A stretch of 64,000 nt of DNA from Rozella allomycis CSF55. Lineage: Eukaryota. A model generated the notes under the pieces. That model was not told the DNA's origin and searched no databases. It saw nothing but the letters and a program-made list of their open reading frames with translations. Position numbers and translations under genes: made by a program. Below, in pieces: positions 41,773 to 55,443 of this stretch. The stretch covers positions 62,001-126,000 of the forward strand of contig KE561300.1 in the NCBI GenBank assembly GCA_000442015.1. The letters run 5' to 3'. Within the stretch, counting starts at the first letter, position 1. Each line of letters starts with the position of its first letter.

Positions 41773-43948
41773 ATGGGTGTTCATGATCTATGGAAGTTGC
41801 TTGAAGGCTGCTCGAAAAGTATAAACCCGGAAGATCTAAAAGATAGAAAACTGGCCATAGATATCCTTTTTGTTAATTAATTTTTCGACAGTTGTAGTAA
41901 TCCTTGATTCCAAATACCAGTATATGGATGCACCAGTTTGCCAAGGTTGCAGTGTCAAAGCAGCTGAACCAGGACTTTTATATCCAGAGCTTTGCGAAAA
42001 GGCTGTGTAAAATCATGTATTATGGCATTAAGCCTGTGTTTGTGTTTGATGGCGGTGTGCCGTTGTTGAAAAAGGAGACTGTTAGGAAGAGAGGGCGGAA
42101 GGAAGACAGGGATGAAATTAGCTTGATTGCTAAACGGTTGCTGAGGGATCGTTCAAAGTAATGGTGGGTTGGATAGAGTATTAGGTTTGGTTGGAGTAGT
42201 TTAAAAGAAGAGAGTGGTGTTGAAAAGGAAAATGATGTCGTGATTGAAAAGGAAAATGATGTCGCGATGGAAAAGGTAGAATCTGATAGGGAAGAGTGGG
42301 GTGATACGTTTAAGAATGAAGATAATTATCAATTCTATATAGAAGAGAGAGCAGAAATATTGCTTTCGGTTAAAGATAATGTAAGCTGTTTTATTGAGAT
42401 GTAGTAGCCGCTGAACTTTGCAGGCACTCAGATTTCCATGCTCAGTGAGAGACAGAGGGAAAAGGATGAAAAGGAGGAAAGGAGTAATGTGAGAAGAATA
42501 GCATCAAAGGCAAATCAGAGTTACATGATGTGGGAGTATGAAGAATTGAAGGATCCTTCGAGAATGATGACCAACTCTGTTGAACTAAAGGAGGAAGAAG
42601 AAAAGGTTGAAGATTTTGTTAAAGTTGAGGAAACCATTGAAGATATTTTTGCTTCAACGGATGATGAAGAAGAAAAGATTGAGATTTTTAATGAGAGGAA
42701 AGATGATGAGAGGAAAGATTACAAGAGAGATGAGGAATTCAAAACATTGGAGAGATATCAGTTAGTAGCTACAGAAGATTTAGGAGATGAAAAGCAAAAT
42801 GCCAAGAAAATTGTTGAAGAGGAAAAGGATTTAAGTGTAAAGAAGATAGTTGAAGAACAAAAGGCAATTTGTGTAAAACAAGAATATGATGAAGAATCTT
42901 CATTTGTAAATAAAGAAGCCATTAATGAAAGCAATGAAATAAATTCTACTTTGAATAAAGATATTGAAGTTGAAATAGATTATCCAAAAGAGAAAGAGAA
43001 ACAAGAGGAATCAGATTCTGATGTGAGTGATGAATCAGAAGAAGATGAAATTAAAAACAAACTAGTTGAAGTCCGTGAGAATGAATTAGTTGACAGTAAT
43101 GAAAATAGAATTAGTGAGAATGAATTAGCTGAGGTAGTTCAAATCCATCATGAAGATAAAGTCCCATTTTCAGAAAAGGAAGCACCAATGATTTCTAGGA
43201 TAGATCCAGAATTATCTAGTGATATTCAAGTAAATAAAATTAATAAATTTGAAAGAAATTATTACAATTATTTGGTGTTCCATATTTGATTGCTCCAATG
43301 GAAGCAGAAGCGCAATGTGCCTTTTTGGAAATGAATTCACTTGTTGATGGGATTGTAACAGACGATAACGATGTGTTTTTATTTGGCGGTGAAAATATTT
43401 TGAGACATTTTTTCTCCAATTCTAATTCAGAATTATTAAACTATAAAATGTCTTCAATAAGAGAAAAGACTGGCTGGTCAAGAAATGAGTTGATTGATTT
43501 AGCTTTATTGTTGGGAGGTGATTATTGTAATGGTTTAAAGGGAATTGGAAAAGTTAAAGCAAAAGAAATTTTAAATCATTTTCAATCTATTGAATGTTTT
43601 GTTGAATGGTTTCTAAATGGATCAGATGAGAATGTTCCATCTTCAATTATTAAACTACGAAATAAAATTATTCTTCCTGATGACTTTAACGACTATAAAG
43701 TGCGTGATGCGTATTTAAATCCAACTGTAGACCAATCAATGGAACCCTTTCAATGGGGTTCTCCAGACTTTGATGAGATTGCAAAGTAAACATTTTAAAC
43801 TTTAAATTAAAGATTTTTAAACAAAAAGACTAGTCTTTCAATTGAAAAGGCCATGGACTTTTTATCTCCTTTAATTCAGAGAATCAACGAGGGTAAAAAT
43901 AGTGAGAATAGTGGGAATAAAATAACAGACTACTTTGAGAAAAAGTAA
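41773..43948 (+). CDS. RAD2: XPG/Rad2 family endonuclease
   Basis: MGVHDLWKLL..LAID/TSIW; IKPVFVFDG; APMEAEAQCA; TDDNDVFLFG; LLGGDY; PIP-like KITDYF. Confidence 0.9.
41861..41913 (+). other. U12-type (minor spliceosome) intron, AT-AA termini
   Basis: 5' ATATCCTTTT, branch-like TCCTTGAT at 41901-41908; removal restores LAI-D-TSIW. Confidence 0.8.
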
Positions 43949-44041
43949 AAGGAAATTCAAAAGGAAATATCAATGAATCAAAGAAAGTTAAATAGAATAG
44001 AAATAAATAATTTGCTTTAATAATTACTTGCCACTTTTTAT

Positions 44042-46316
44042 TCAATTGTCTAATTCAATTTGAAGTTTGTTGACTTTATCATTTAAATCTTCAATCAGAG
44101 AATGCCTAGAATACAAAATTAAATTTTTTACTGTTTCGTTAACTGATCATGAATCTTTCTTGTTTGAATTGCAATTGAATCTTTCTTCAAAGGAGGGAAA
44201 AGTTTAATTCTTTCAAATTGGCTCTTTAAAGTGCTAAATTTGTTTCTCAATTCAATCATCATTTTCGAATGTCTTGAAATGTCATTCATCAATTCTCTCT
44301 CTTCACTCGATATCGTTGAATTCTTTCTATGCAACAACGACGCGTGAACATTATCAGCTCTTCTGCTCAAACTATCAAATTTTATCAAAATATTCTTAAT
44401 TCTTTCTTCTTGCTCAACTGCCGCCTTTATTGATTCATCAAATCGACCACGCAACTCTTTAGCATTAATTTCCACCTTCTTCTTCACTTGCTGCACTCTT
44501 TCTATCTGATCAACAGTCGCTGTGTTTATTTCCAATATATATTTCACATACACCCTTCTCAACTCATTCAATGTCTCTGTCAGTTCATTCAAGTATTCTT
44601 CATCAACTGGAGTCCCATTTTTAGTTTTAACATTCAAATTAAACTTAGGCAATGGATAATCCTTGACAAAACTCTTAAATTGTCTTCTAGTCGCTGGCTT
44701 AAAAAAATTGGTTAATTAATACAGTGAAAAGAAAACCCAAAGTTTGAAAAGCCATTTATATTGTGTTTGGATGACGCTACGGGAACAGGTACAGGCACAC
44801 AAGACGACCCTTTTGGTATTTTGATGACACCGCATTCATTATTGCAAAACTACGAGAGAATTAAAGAGAAAAAATTACCTTTAGTTCGTCATGTCGATGA
44901 TACATACAAAGTTACGTATTACGTATCTCNGTTCAAATCCAAATCAAATTGCTCTTCAAGTCTTTTAAAATCAAGTTTTTCATCAGTAAAAAGTAACAGA
45001 TTCTTACCAACAACATCAATCCCACACACTCTTTTATTCTCATTCAACAATACTAGCTTGGATTGTATATCAAATCCCTCATCCGATTCAAGCGCCTCCA
45101 GCAAACTATCCATCCATCCAAAACAGACTTGGTAAATGCTACTTTCAAATGCAATTATTAAACTATCATTAAACACAACACCCTGGACATATTCAGAATT
45201 TTTTGAAAGGTCAATCGTCTCCAACAAACTCATCACAGGATATTCAGGTGTTTTATCTATTGAAAAATAACAAGAAACGAAATCAGGATGCGCACAAACA
45301 TCAACAATTCCATTTCTCAATACTCTACAGAGAATAGGAAATCCATCAAACTGAACGCTGTAAATATCAACAGCCTCCAACTCATCTTCATCCAACTCTT
45401 GCGGGAAAAGAAACGGGCCCTGAACTTTGGGCTTTGAATCTTCATCATAGTAGAATTTATACACATTGCCATTCTTTCCATCCAAAATTCTCGATATCGT
45501 ATCCCTGTCCGCCATCGTTAATGCCCTCGTCTCCAATAGTCCAACAACGTCGTCTCCAAGTCTCCTACAGTTAATTCAAAACCATATCACTACATGCAGG
45601 TTGGGATGAACGGCGCAAGTAGATAAATATCGCCATTCTCTTGCAGCAAGTAGAGTGCGGCAACATTCCAAGGCGATGTCTGGCATTCAGCTCCAAAACA
45701 AAATGACACGTATTTGCTCCCAAAAGATGAAAATGATGATGGCGATTTGAGATGCTCAGAGGAGCCCAACACTTGAGAATATACTGGGCATTTAACACTT
45801 TTGGCTACATTGTACATTCTAAAATCCCAAAATCTTCTTTTTACTTTAAATGCCCTCTTTCTGTCAGAATAACCAAAAATTCATCATTGGCACCCAACGG
45901 ATGCCAATCGTACTTTACAATCCTGTCACTCTTCATCTTCTCAACAAACACAGGATCTATTTCATACGATCTATAATTCCTTTAACAAATCCTACCTACT
46001 TTGGCGTACAAAACAGCTCATTAATTCTTGTCAAATCAGGGACCTGCATCACAATAATCTTCTTCTTGCACCGCAGCGCTAACAACATGGATTTCGACAG
46101 TTTCAAATCCTCTACTACATGGTCGATAACACTACTCCTCAATTCAACGTGGTTTTGAGATGCGCTTTTCATGTCACAAGCGAATACTCGGGATCCAACA
46201 GCGTACACCATGGTCGACCCGCAAACGGCAATGTTTCGCTTTGGTAAGATATATTTTCGATCATAAATATGCGAGTTTTCTGTGTTGAAGGATGAAATAA
46301 AGTCAGAAATTTCCAT
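44042..46316 (-). CDS. Nucleoporin Nup82/Nup88-like (beta-propeller plus coiled coil), interrupted at 44700-44930
   Basis: WHPLGANDEFLVILT; LYLLQENGDIYLLAPFIP; PKVQGPFLFP; C-terminal coiled coil. Confidence 0.75.
44728..44929 (+). mobile_element. MULE/Mutator-like transposase fragment abutting an assembly N
   Basis: KPFILCLDD..GTGTQDDPFGILMT..LL..PLVRHVDDTYKV resembles the GxGxxxDPF..LHxDxTYK segment around the first catalytic Asp. Confidence 0.55.
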
Positions 46317-46580
46317 AAAATGGATGCGTCGGAAATGTCTTTTGTAAAACAATTTGTCATAAACACAATAATTGAGATACTTCTTTGGAAAGGTATCACC
46401 ATATCTGGCTCTTCATTTTTGTTTGCCAAAGTTTTTTTAGTTTTGACGTTGGAATTGGGGCATGGGCATTTTATTTATGACGTTTAGACTTTAGTTGATA
46501 GAAAATAGATTTGAATTTTATTGTATGCAGTTGAACATGATATTCTGAATTTTCATATAAAGGTGTTATTTGTACACACA

Positions 46581-47844
46581 ATGACATCAAACGATAATAC
46601 GTCTTTATCCCCCATGCCATTGATCGGTAGCTCTCGGCATCATGTTCCAGCGTCAACAGCTACTCAAACCAAGGAGCTTGCTAAATCAATGGGCTTTATC
46701 AATCTGTTTCTGATCACACTCCCATTTGCTATCATAGGCGGTGCAGTAAAATGGCCTCCAACAATTGTCTTCATCCTAAATTTCATCGCCATTGTCCCAT
46801 TGGCAAAACTACTTGGCATCGCCACCGAAGAAATAGCATTTAGAACAAGTCAATCAATTGGTGGTTTATTAAACGCATCTTTTGGAAACGCAGTAGAAAT
46901 GATTTTGTCTATTGTTGCGTTGAAAGAAGGTTTGATAAGAGTTGTACAAGCATCACTGTTGGGAAGCATCCTCTCAAATTTGTTGCTTGTGTTAGGATTT
47001 TGTTTCGTAGCGGGCGGGCTGAAACACAAGGAGCAGAGATTTAATATGACTGCAGCACAGACTTCTTCATCCTTGATGACAATGTCCGTCATGTCGTTGT
47101 TGGTCCCGGCTGCTATGATGGCTAGCTCCCCTGCCATTGAAATCCCGGAAAATAACAATTCTCTACTGGCATTATCTCACGGGACTGCTATAATATTGCT
47201 GTGTTTATATATTTTATACCTAATTTTTCAACTCCGCACCCATGTTCATTTGTATGCAGATGATGAAGGCGATGAAGAAGAGGAACCAATTCTGTCGGTT
47301 CCTTATGCCATATCATTACTAGTTATTGTAACTATTCTTGTTTCTGTGTGTGCCGAATTTCTAGTGGGGTCAATCGAGGTGGTGTCATCTTCTTGGGGAT
47401 TAAGTGAAACATTTATAGGGCTTATACTACTTCCTATAGGTAATTTAAGATTCTTTATATTACATAGTTGGCAATGCAGGTAAAACAACGTTTTTTGAAC
47501 TAAATCTTAGCTGAACACGTTACGGCTGTCACAGTGGCGATGAAAAATAAAATGAATCTCGCCATTGGAGTAGCTATAGGCTCATCCATGCAAATCGCCC
47601 TGTTTGTGACTCCATTTTTAGTAATTGTCGGCTGGTTTATGGGGCAAAATCTCACTCTCTTCTTTCACACTTTTGAAACTTCAGTTATGTTTATTTCAGT
47701 ATTGATTGTTAACTATTTAATACAAGACGGAACCAGTAATTGGTTGGAGGGTAACTTAAGAATTCAACTTTAAAAGGTGCCATGCTCTTAGCATCTTATG
47801 GTATTATAGGTTTAGCGATTTTCAACTACCAAGCACCAGCTTAG
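46581..47844 (+). CDS. VCX1: Vacuolar Ca2+/H+ exchanger (CAX)
   Basis: [54 protein letters not shown]. Confidence 0.93.
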
Positions 47845-48033
47845 GCTGTTTAGTGTATGCAACAAAGCTTAATAAAGTGGTTTACATCTCTTAGATATTG
47901 ATGCAATGACGCCTCTGATTGCGAGCATTTTTTTCCTATGATCGGTTTCATAACATTAAAATTTAAAATCTAATACATACTTTAAGAATGATATCGTATT
48001 CTTTTAACGTTATTTTGATTGAATAGCGCAGAT

Positions 48034-48399
48034 TTAATGATTGCTACAAGGCGCACATCGCCCGAAAGTGGGAATTACAACCTTCACATGACCGTTAGAG
48101 TGAGCAAGTCGAATAGAATCATTGTTTTTATCGCTTGGATTAACTCTAAAATCGTCAAGTAAAATTTTAACCGTATCTGCATGACCGTTCTTTGCAGCCG
48201 ACCTAACAGCATAATTGTTACCTGCAGATGGATTTACTCTATAATCTGAAAGCAAAAGGTTAAAAAGATCCAAGTAACCGTGTTCGGAAGAACTCCGAAT
48301 AGCTGCATTATCCTGTGCACTTGGATCAACTCTGACATTGCAAACACTTTTATAGCGAAAAACTTGGAATATTGGTGCTGTTTCATGATATTTAATCAT
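48034..48399 (-). pseudogene. Ankyrin-repeat remnant (RVDPS.xDN.AIR type)
   Basis: About 2.5 ANK repeats then frame breakdown; no convincing N-terminus. Confidence 0.55.
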
Positions 48400-49012
48400 T
48401 ATTAAATCATGGTTTATTATTTGAGTATATTATCGACTGTTGCCTGTAATTGTAATTTGCATTTTCGCGAACGAATGGTACTTTGATGGCATCAGTGATG
48501 GAGATCACTAACTATAGGTCCAACCACGTATCTAGAAGTAGAGGACAATTTAAAAGACAAGGATTAAGCAATTTTGCAGCGGAGTCAATGAATGTGCGTT
48601 ATCAGACTCCGGTGCAAAAATATCCCCTTAATTTTATAGTCTTTTCTGATCAGCTTCGAGTTGTGGTTTTGTTAAGAAACTTACCAAACGAAAATCTTTG
48701 TCTTTTTCAATAAAACGACAAACCTTCTTCCAAAGATATTCAGTTTGAGTTCACGAGGTGTATTCGAGTCAGTCATCAACCCTCCCAGGCAATGATATCA
48801 TTTTCTCCGCAAGTGTTTCCTAATCTGCTCGAGCTTAATCCTTAATACTACCTAAGTGTTCAATCCCATTTGTAGCCACCCAAGTTCATTGCATCCAAAA
48901 AATAGATAATTATTCATAGGTCACTCTGGAATTAAATTGAGAAACCCAATAAAACTGGTTTAAATCTCGTTTATTATAATGGATTATTCCTGAAGCTCTA
49001 TAACATCTACAT

Positions 49013-49495
49013 TTATACTGGAATATTTATATATCCGAACACTTTTTCTAAAGGCTACTTATATCGTAAATATATTATATACTGCTAAAATATTGCCTAC
49101 GATTGGTAATCTTCTCAGGAAACTGAACACCATCGGAAAAAAGTCTCCAAATAAATTAATGAATCCAAAAAGTTCTATAAGGATCCCAAATACTGCAAAT
49201 TTGAAAAACACTAGCAATATTCCAAACAAAAAGCACGCTGTTCCTTTCCATTTATTCTTCTGCAAGAAAAACGACGATGTTTTCTTTGGTCCAATAATCA
49301 AAACGATTCCAATCAAAAATAATAACTATTTTTAAACAATTATCAGCCTACGTTTCCTATTGCTAGTAAGCCTGAATCAAAAAGAAGAATCACTCCCAGA
49401 AACATAAAAAATACACCAAAAGCTGTCAACCCCACTCCTATTTCTATATCTTAGAGCAATTATTTTGATTTACTTTGAGCTTCGCTGAGGAACAT
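49013..49495 (-). CDS. GOT1: Golgi transport protein Got1
   Basis: [45 protein letters not shown]; ends IPV*. Confidence 0.92.
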
Positions 49496-49500
49496 GGCTT

Positions 49501-50795
<1,295 letters not shown>

Positions 50796-51057
50796 ATAAA
50801 TCCTTGACACTCTTTTGCACTGAAAATATTTTTCCCATAAAAGCGAGATTTCTTCTAATACTAAGTACATTTATCTGCTGTAACCAAACTTGTAACCATA
50901 CAAAATACCTAGAGATTTAAAATATTGATATTCTAAATCTCTCATTTACATATTCTGTAGAGATTGAAATGTCTAGTTTGAGGCTCAACATCGAGATACT
51001 CGTATTGCGCTATAGGAATGACAAATATGTACTAGTTTTAATCAAAATATTTTATTT

Positions 51058-52475
51058 TCATATCTTAACTTTTACATCATCCAAACTTTGGTTTCTAAAA
51101 ATATCGACTAGAATTTCAAAAGTCGGCCGTTTCGATGCATCATTATCCCAACACAGGGTTATCATATCACAAAGAGCTTTGGTATATTCATTAGAATTAT
51201 AAATTTCTTTCGGGATTACTGGTCGTACACCTACTAAATGGCAAGAAATTCGGTTACCATTCTTTACTTTGGAAAATATTTCTTTATATTCAGCATTCTT
51301 TGGCCATGCTGATTTCCCGAGCATTGTTTCATAAATAGTAACGCCGTAAGAGTATACATCACTCTTCTTATCCAATTCTATCACTTCACTCCTCCTGATT
51401 GATATCTTTGTTAACATCTCTAGTACTGAAACTACAATTATTTTACCTCTGGGCTGGCATAATTCACGCTAAATCCCATGTTCATAGGTTTTCTTAAGCC
51501 ATAAATTGTCTTATCTCCGCCCAACACTGCAGTGAATCCAAAATCACTAATGGCGCAAACAAAATTTCCGTCTTTTTTTATTTCCATCAAAACATTCGCT
51601 TTAATATTTTTATGCAACTCCTACCTGGTTTTAAATCTTGATGGACCATTCCATTAGAATGCATAAACGCCATTCCTTTTGCTATCTGTGCGGCAATCTT
51701 GGTGACAACTAGAATACTCATTTGGTCAAAATTTTCTTTTAGAAACCGCGAAAGACTTGTTTGATAGTATTTCATTATTATAGTTGCTGGACGGAGAGAA
51801 TATCCGTATAGATTTATAACGTTTTCATTTCCCTGAAGAGCACTAATTAAGATAAAATCAAATTACTACTGCATAATTGCTATCTCAAAACGAAAATCAG
51901 AATTATCACCGCTCGTCATGACTTTGACAGCGACATTTTGGGGTTTGCCAAATGCCTCATAGAAATGCATGTCTTTGAACTTGGCCAGATACACATTCGC
52001 TGTTCCTCCAGATCCAAGTTTATTTGTTTTGTCAATATCGAGAGCGTTTAGCGGAATTTCTAGATATCCAGGAACCGAAATACCGGCATCTATTAATGAA
52101 TAATGACTTTCGAGGGTTACTTAGATTTGAGATGGTAAAGGTCTTTTCATTATTCCCAATTTCCCTTGATGGGGACATCATGTACATTGGGGTGTTCATA
52201 ATTTGTTGACCAGAGGGAGTTGCGTTGGAATGCACACTCTTACGAGAAAACGTTAGTGAATTTGGATTCGGACCTCGGTGCCGCTTAATTAATTTGTATA
52301 TTCCATAGAAAATTAATATGACTATAAGCATCGCACCGATGCCAATTGTTGTTCCTATTCCAATTGTAGCACCAATACTGTGTCCAGAAAGAAAATATCC
52401 TCCAGATGTACCTTGATTATTTTGTGCTAATATAATTCTGGCAAAAATAACCAAAATGAAAGAAAATATGCACAT
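51058..52475 (-). CDS. Single-pass receptor-like protein kinase (TKL-like) with very short ectodomain
   Basis: Signal peptide, TM, LGSGGTANVY, VAVK, HQDLKP, DFG, YASPE, KSDVYSYG, CW..RPTF. Confidence 0.85.
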
Positions 52476-52773
52476 TTGTAGTTCTATGACAACGGCCCAT
52501 TAAAAAGCGATTTTTTAAAAACGTCAATCGAAAATATGAAAATTGAAATTGCCTATATATAACTTTGAAACATTTAAAAAATTCCGTAGCTCGAAAAAAG
52601 GATCATCTGACATTTGACAATATCATATATTTTAAGTTCTTATCGCCTTACTAGAAGACAAAGATCCATCAAGTTATGTCTTTTTGGGGAAATCGAAATA
52701 TTATATACAATCAAGAATATGTCAACGTGATCCACACAATTGGAAATCTTGCCCAATCTGGAACCCTGGCAAG

Positions 52774-54155
52774 ATGAAATTATTTTGTGTCTTTTTAATA
52801 GCAAGTATAACTTGCTATTCACGTTTGATCACTTTGCCTTGGGAGATCGATGCGAGAATATTTGATTTCCTGTCTGCAAAAGAAAAGTTTAAGCGACTTC
52901 AAAGAGAGCCATATAGTGCTAAATACAAGGATTTATTTAAAATTATTTCAAAGTGTGGAATCTATATGATGCAAAAAGATCCGATGTCAAAAGTTGAATT
53001 TAAACTTGATGGGTCGAACGTAGATATTAGTTGCTTTGATGACACAGATCCGGCACTAGTTACTTTTTTCTTGGACGCATTTAAATTGAAAATTGATGTT
53101 CACTATGAACACATTAATGATTATGTGACAAAGTCACATGTCATTGGGATATACCGATTTGATGGATCTTTGCGCATGACTATTAATGATGAAAGCATGC
53201 TAACATTCTCGGAGAACAAGGATTCTTTAGTAGGAATATCAAAGCTGTTTGTTGATATTAAAACCAAGCAAATCACCCAAAGTATGTTGGACTCTATCGG
53301 TGAAGTGTTGCAACTATCACAGTCGGTGAAGCATTTAGTGATAGGTAACCTTGAAAACTTCATGAACATCAATAATTTTAATTTTTGCAAATTATTGGAC
53401 TCATTCAAAAATCTTGAATCCCTGACAATGATCCATTTTGAATTAAGACCATTTCAACTTGAATATCTCTCGAACAATATTCTTTCATTGGGAAAATTAA
53501 AGACTCTGAAAATTGCCATAAGTTATAAACATGGGTACTCGGTCAATGGAAGGAATGTGATGCAGATTGTGGCAGACAATCTAAAAAATGTTGAAGAACT
53601 GCATATTGATTACTTAGGACAAGCTGGAGATGTAGATTTGGTATATTTTTTTAACAAAATTGCACAGTCTAATGTAAAAAGGCTTTTAATTCACGGATTC
53701 TTTAACATTCCAAACGATCAAGCGATGATAATTTCCCGAAGCTATGGAAATCTACGAGAATTAAGATTCAACTTATACTACGGTAATGTAAGACGAATAG
53801 GAAATCTTATATTTTACTTAAATGAATTTAATATTGAAACGTTGGAAATTCCAATGCTGGGATTAAAGTGAGCTGGCGTTGGGTAGCTACGCACACAAAC
53901 ACTGTTAAACATTTGATAATTGATAACGCTTACATAACACTTCAAGATATGCATGACTTTCTGTCAAAAGTTTCTCCAAGGCTAGAATTTCTTGATCTTT
54001 TGAAAACACACTTTGCCATTGGAGTTAATGGCATTAATCATTTTACAAAACTTTTGTTGAGAACAAATATTAAATATCTAAAGTTGACTACTTTGGATGA
54101 CAACGTTTTGAAGAAGCTAAAGGGGAATTTAAAAAACAAAATTGTGCTGTTATAG
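52774..54155 (+). CDS. Signal peptide + F-box-like + LRR (RNI-like) protein; apparent frameshift near 53865
   Basis: MKLFCVFLIASITCYS then LITLPWEIDARIFDFLS; LxxLxL repeats continue in overlapping ORF 53868-54155. Confidence 0.65.
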
Positions 54156-54225
54156 CATCAATAAATTACGCATTGCATTCATAAAAAAACGATTTATACA
54201 AAACTGATTATATTTTATTTCGAGC

Positions 54226-55443
54226 CTACTTTTTTCTATTACTCAAACTTTTCAATGCCTTCAAGACTTCATCAATAGATGGCCGCTCATCGGGATACTT
54301 GCTAGTCATATCCTCGATTAGTTCGTTAAACTTGCGAGAATTCCATCTGCTTATTCTCTTCTGCATGCTAGCAAAGGATTTTCCAAGAGAATAAATATCT
54401 TCACTGAAATCAGGCAGATACTCGCACTTCTTTCTTGTAACTTCAGGAGCTACGTAAGCTTTAGTGTATCCAGATCTGTGTGAGCAAACATCATGAATAA
54501 AAGTGAAGGAGCCCAAATCAATCATATATACTCTGTAATCGCCATTCTCATCAACTTCATAGACGAAATTCTGTGGTTTGATATCGCGGACAACAAACTT
54601 TGCCAGATGCATTTCGCGCAAGGCAGTCGCCATCTGCACATAAATAGACTTTATAGCTTGAGATCCGACATCACTGAGCGTATAAAGGTCGCCTCTCGGG
54701 AAATACTTGCAAACTGTGAACACTTGCCTGTCGCGATGGTCTGCTGCGAGTCCGTACATGGGCGCGACATATTCAACCAAATTAAGGCGCTCTAATTTCT
54801 TGTATGTTTTGTATTCAGACACTGATTTCTTAAATACTATTTTATAGTTGGCTATTTTGCAGAGCATCACTTCGGGGTGTTTTTCAAACATGATTTCTAA
54901 CGAGGTGCAGTCGCTTTGACGTAAATTCTTGTTGGTAGAGAAAAACTCGTGATCGGTTAGATACTTTTGTCTTGTACGGTCCCATCGGATATCGTAATAA
55001 ATGTGGGTGAATGAATTCTTGTTGGAAATTGTTGTAATGTGCAGATCATTTAGCAATAGTGCAGTTTTTGCAAATGATAGGAATTTTTTGTTTCGTCCTG
55101 GATTTTCCAGTGGTATATTAATTAAAATCAAGGCGTCGTTTTCATAAGTTGCTTCGTGGGCTATTACACTATCTTCGGACACTTTGATTAGGTAATTTCT
55201 TCCAGTATATTGCAAAAGATCGACATTGAATTCGGTAACAACTTGAACAATGGAGCCTTGATCTGAAGAATCGACATCTTTAACTTGGTCAATGACGGAG
55301 CTAACGTGTGAATTATTTATCGTTGTTTTCGTTACAGTTGTCTCGTCAGCGTATAAGAGACTGTTCGATATGATAAAATAGACAACTGATATTCCCAAGG
55401 CAATACTTATGAAAGCTAGAACATAAATGGTGGACTTTTTCAT
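54226..55443 (-). CDS. Intronless protein kinase with N-terminal signal anchor
   Basis: Hydrophobic N-terminus; VVRDIKPQNF, IDLGS, GYTKAYVAPE, DIYSLG, ERPS; no clear GxGxxG. Confidence 0.82.
   Translation of the reverse strand: MKKSTIYVLAFISIALGISVVYFIISNSLLYADETTVTKTTINNSHVSSVIDQVKDVDSSDQGSIVQVVTEFNVDLLQYTGRNYLIKVSEDSVIAHEATYENDALILINIPLENPGRNKKFLSFAKTALLLNDLHITTISNKNSFTHIYYDIRWDRTRQKYLTDHEFFSTNKNLRQSDCTSLEIMFEKHPEVMLCKIANYKIVFKKSVSEYKTYKKLERLNLVEYVAPMYGLAADHRDRQVFTVCKYFPRGDLYTLSDVGSQAIKSIYVQMATALREMHLAKFVVRDIKPQNFVYEVDENGDYRVYMIDLGSFTFIHDVCSHRSGYTKAYVAPEVTRKKCEYLPDFSEDIYSLGKSFASMQKRISRWNSRKFNELIEDMTSKYPDERPSIDEVLKALKSLSNRKK

Noticed and set aside
42219-42276. 24-bp tandem repeat (EKENDVxx) in RAD2
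   Set aside because: Ordinary slippage in the acidic spacer region
50911-50942. AT-rich hairpin AGAGATTTAAAATAT..ATATTCTAAATCTCT
   Set aside because: Single low-complexity palindrome with no boxes, TSD or second copy seen
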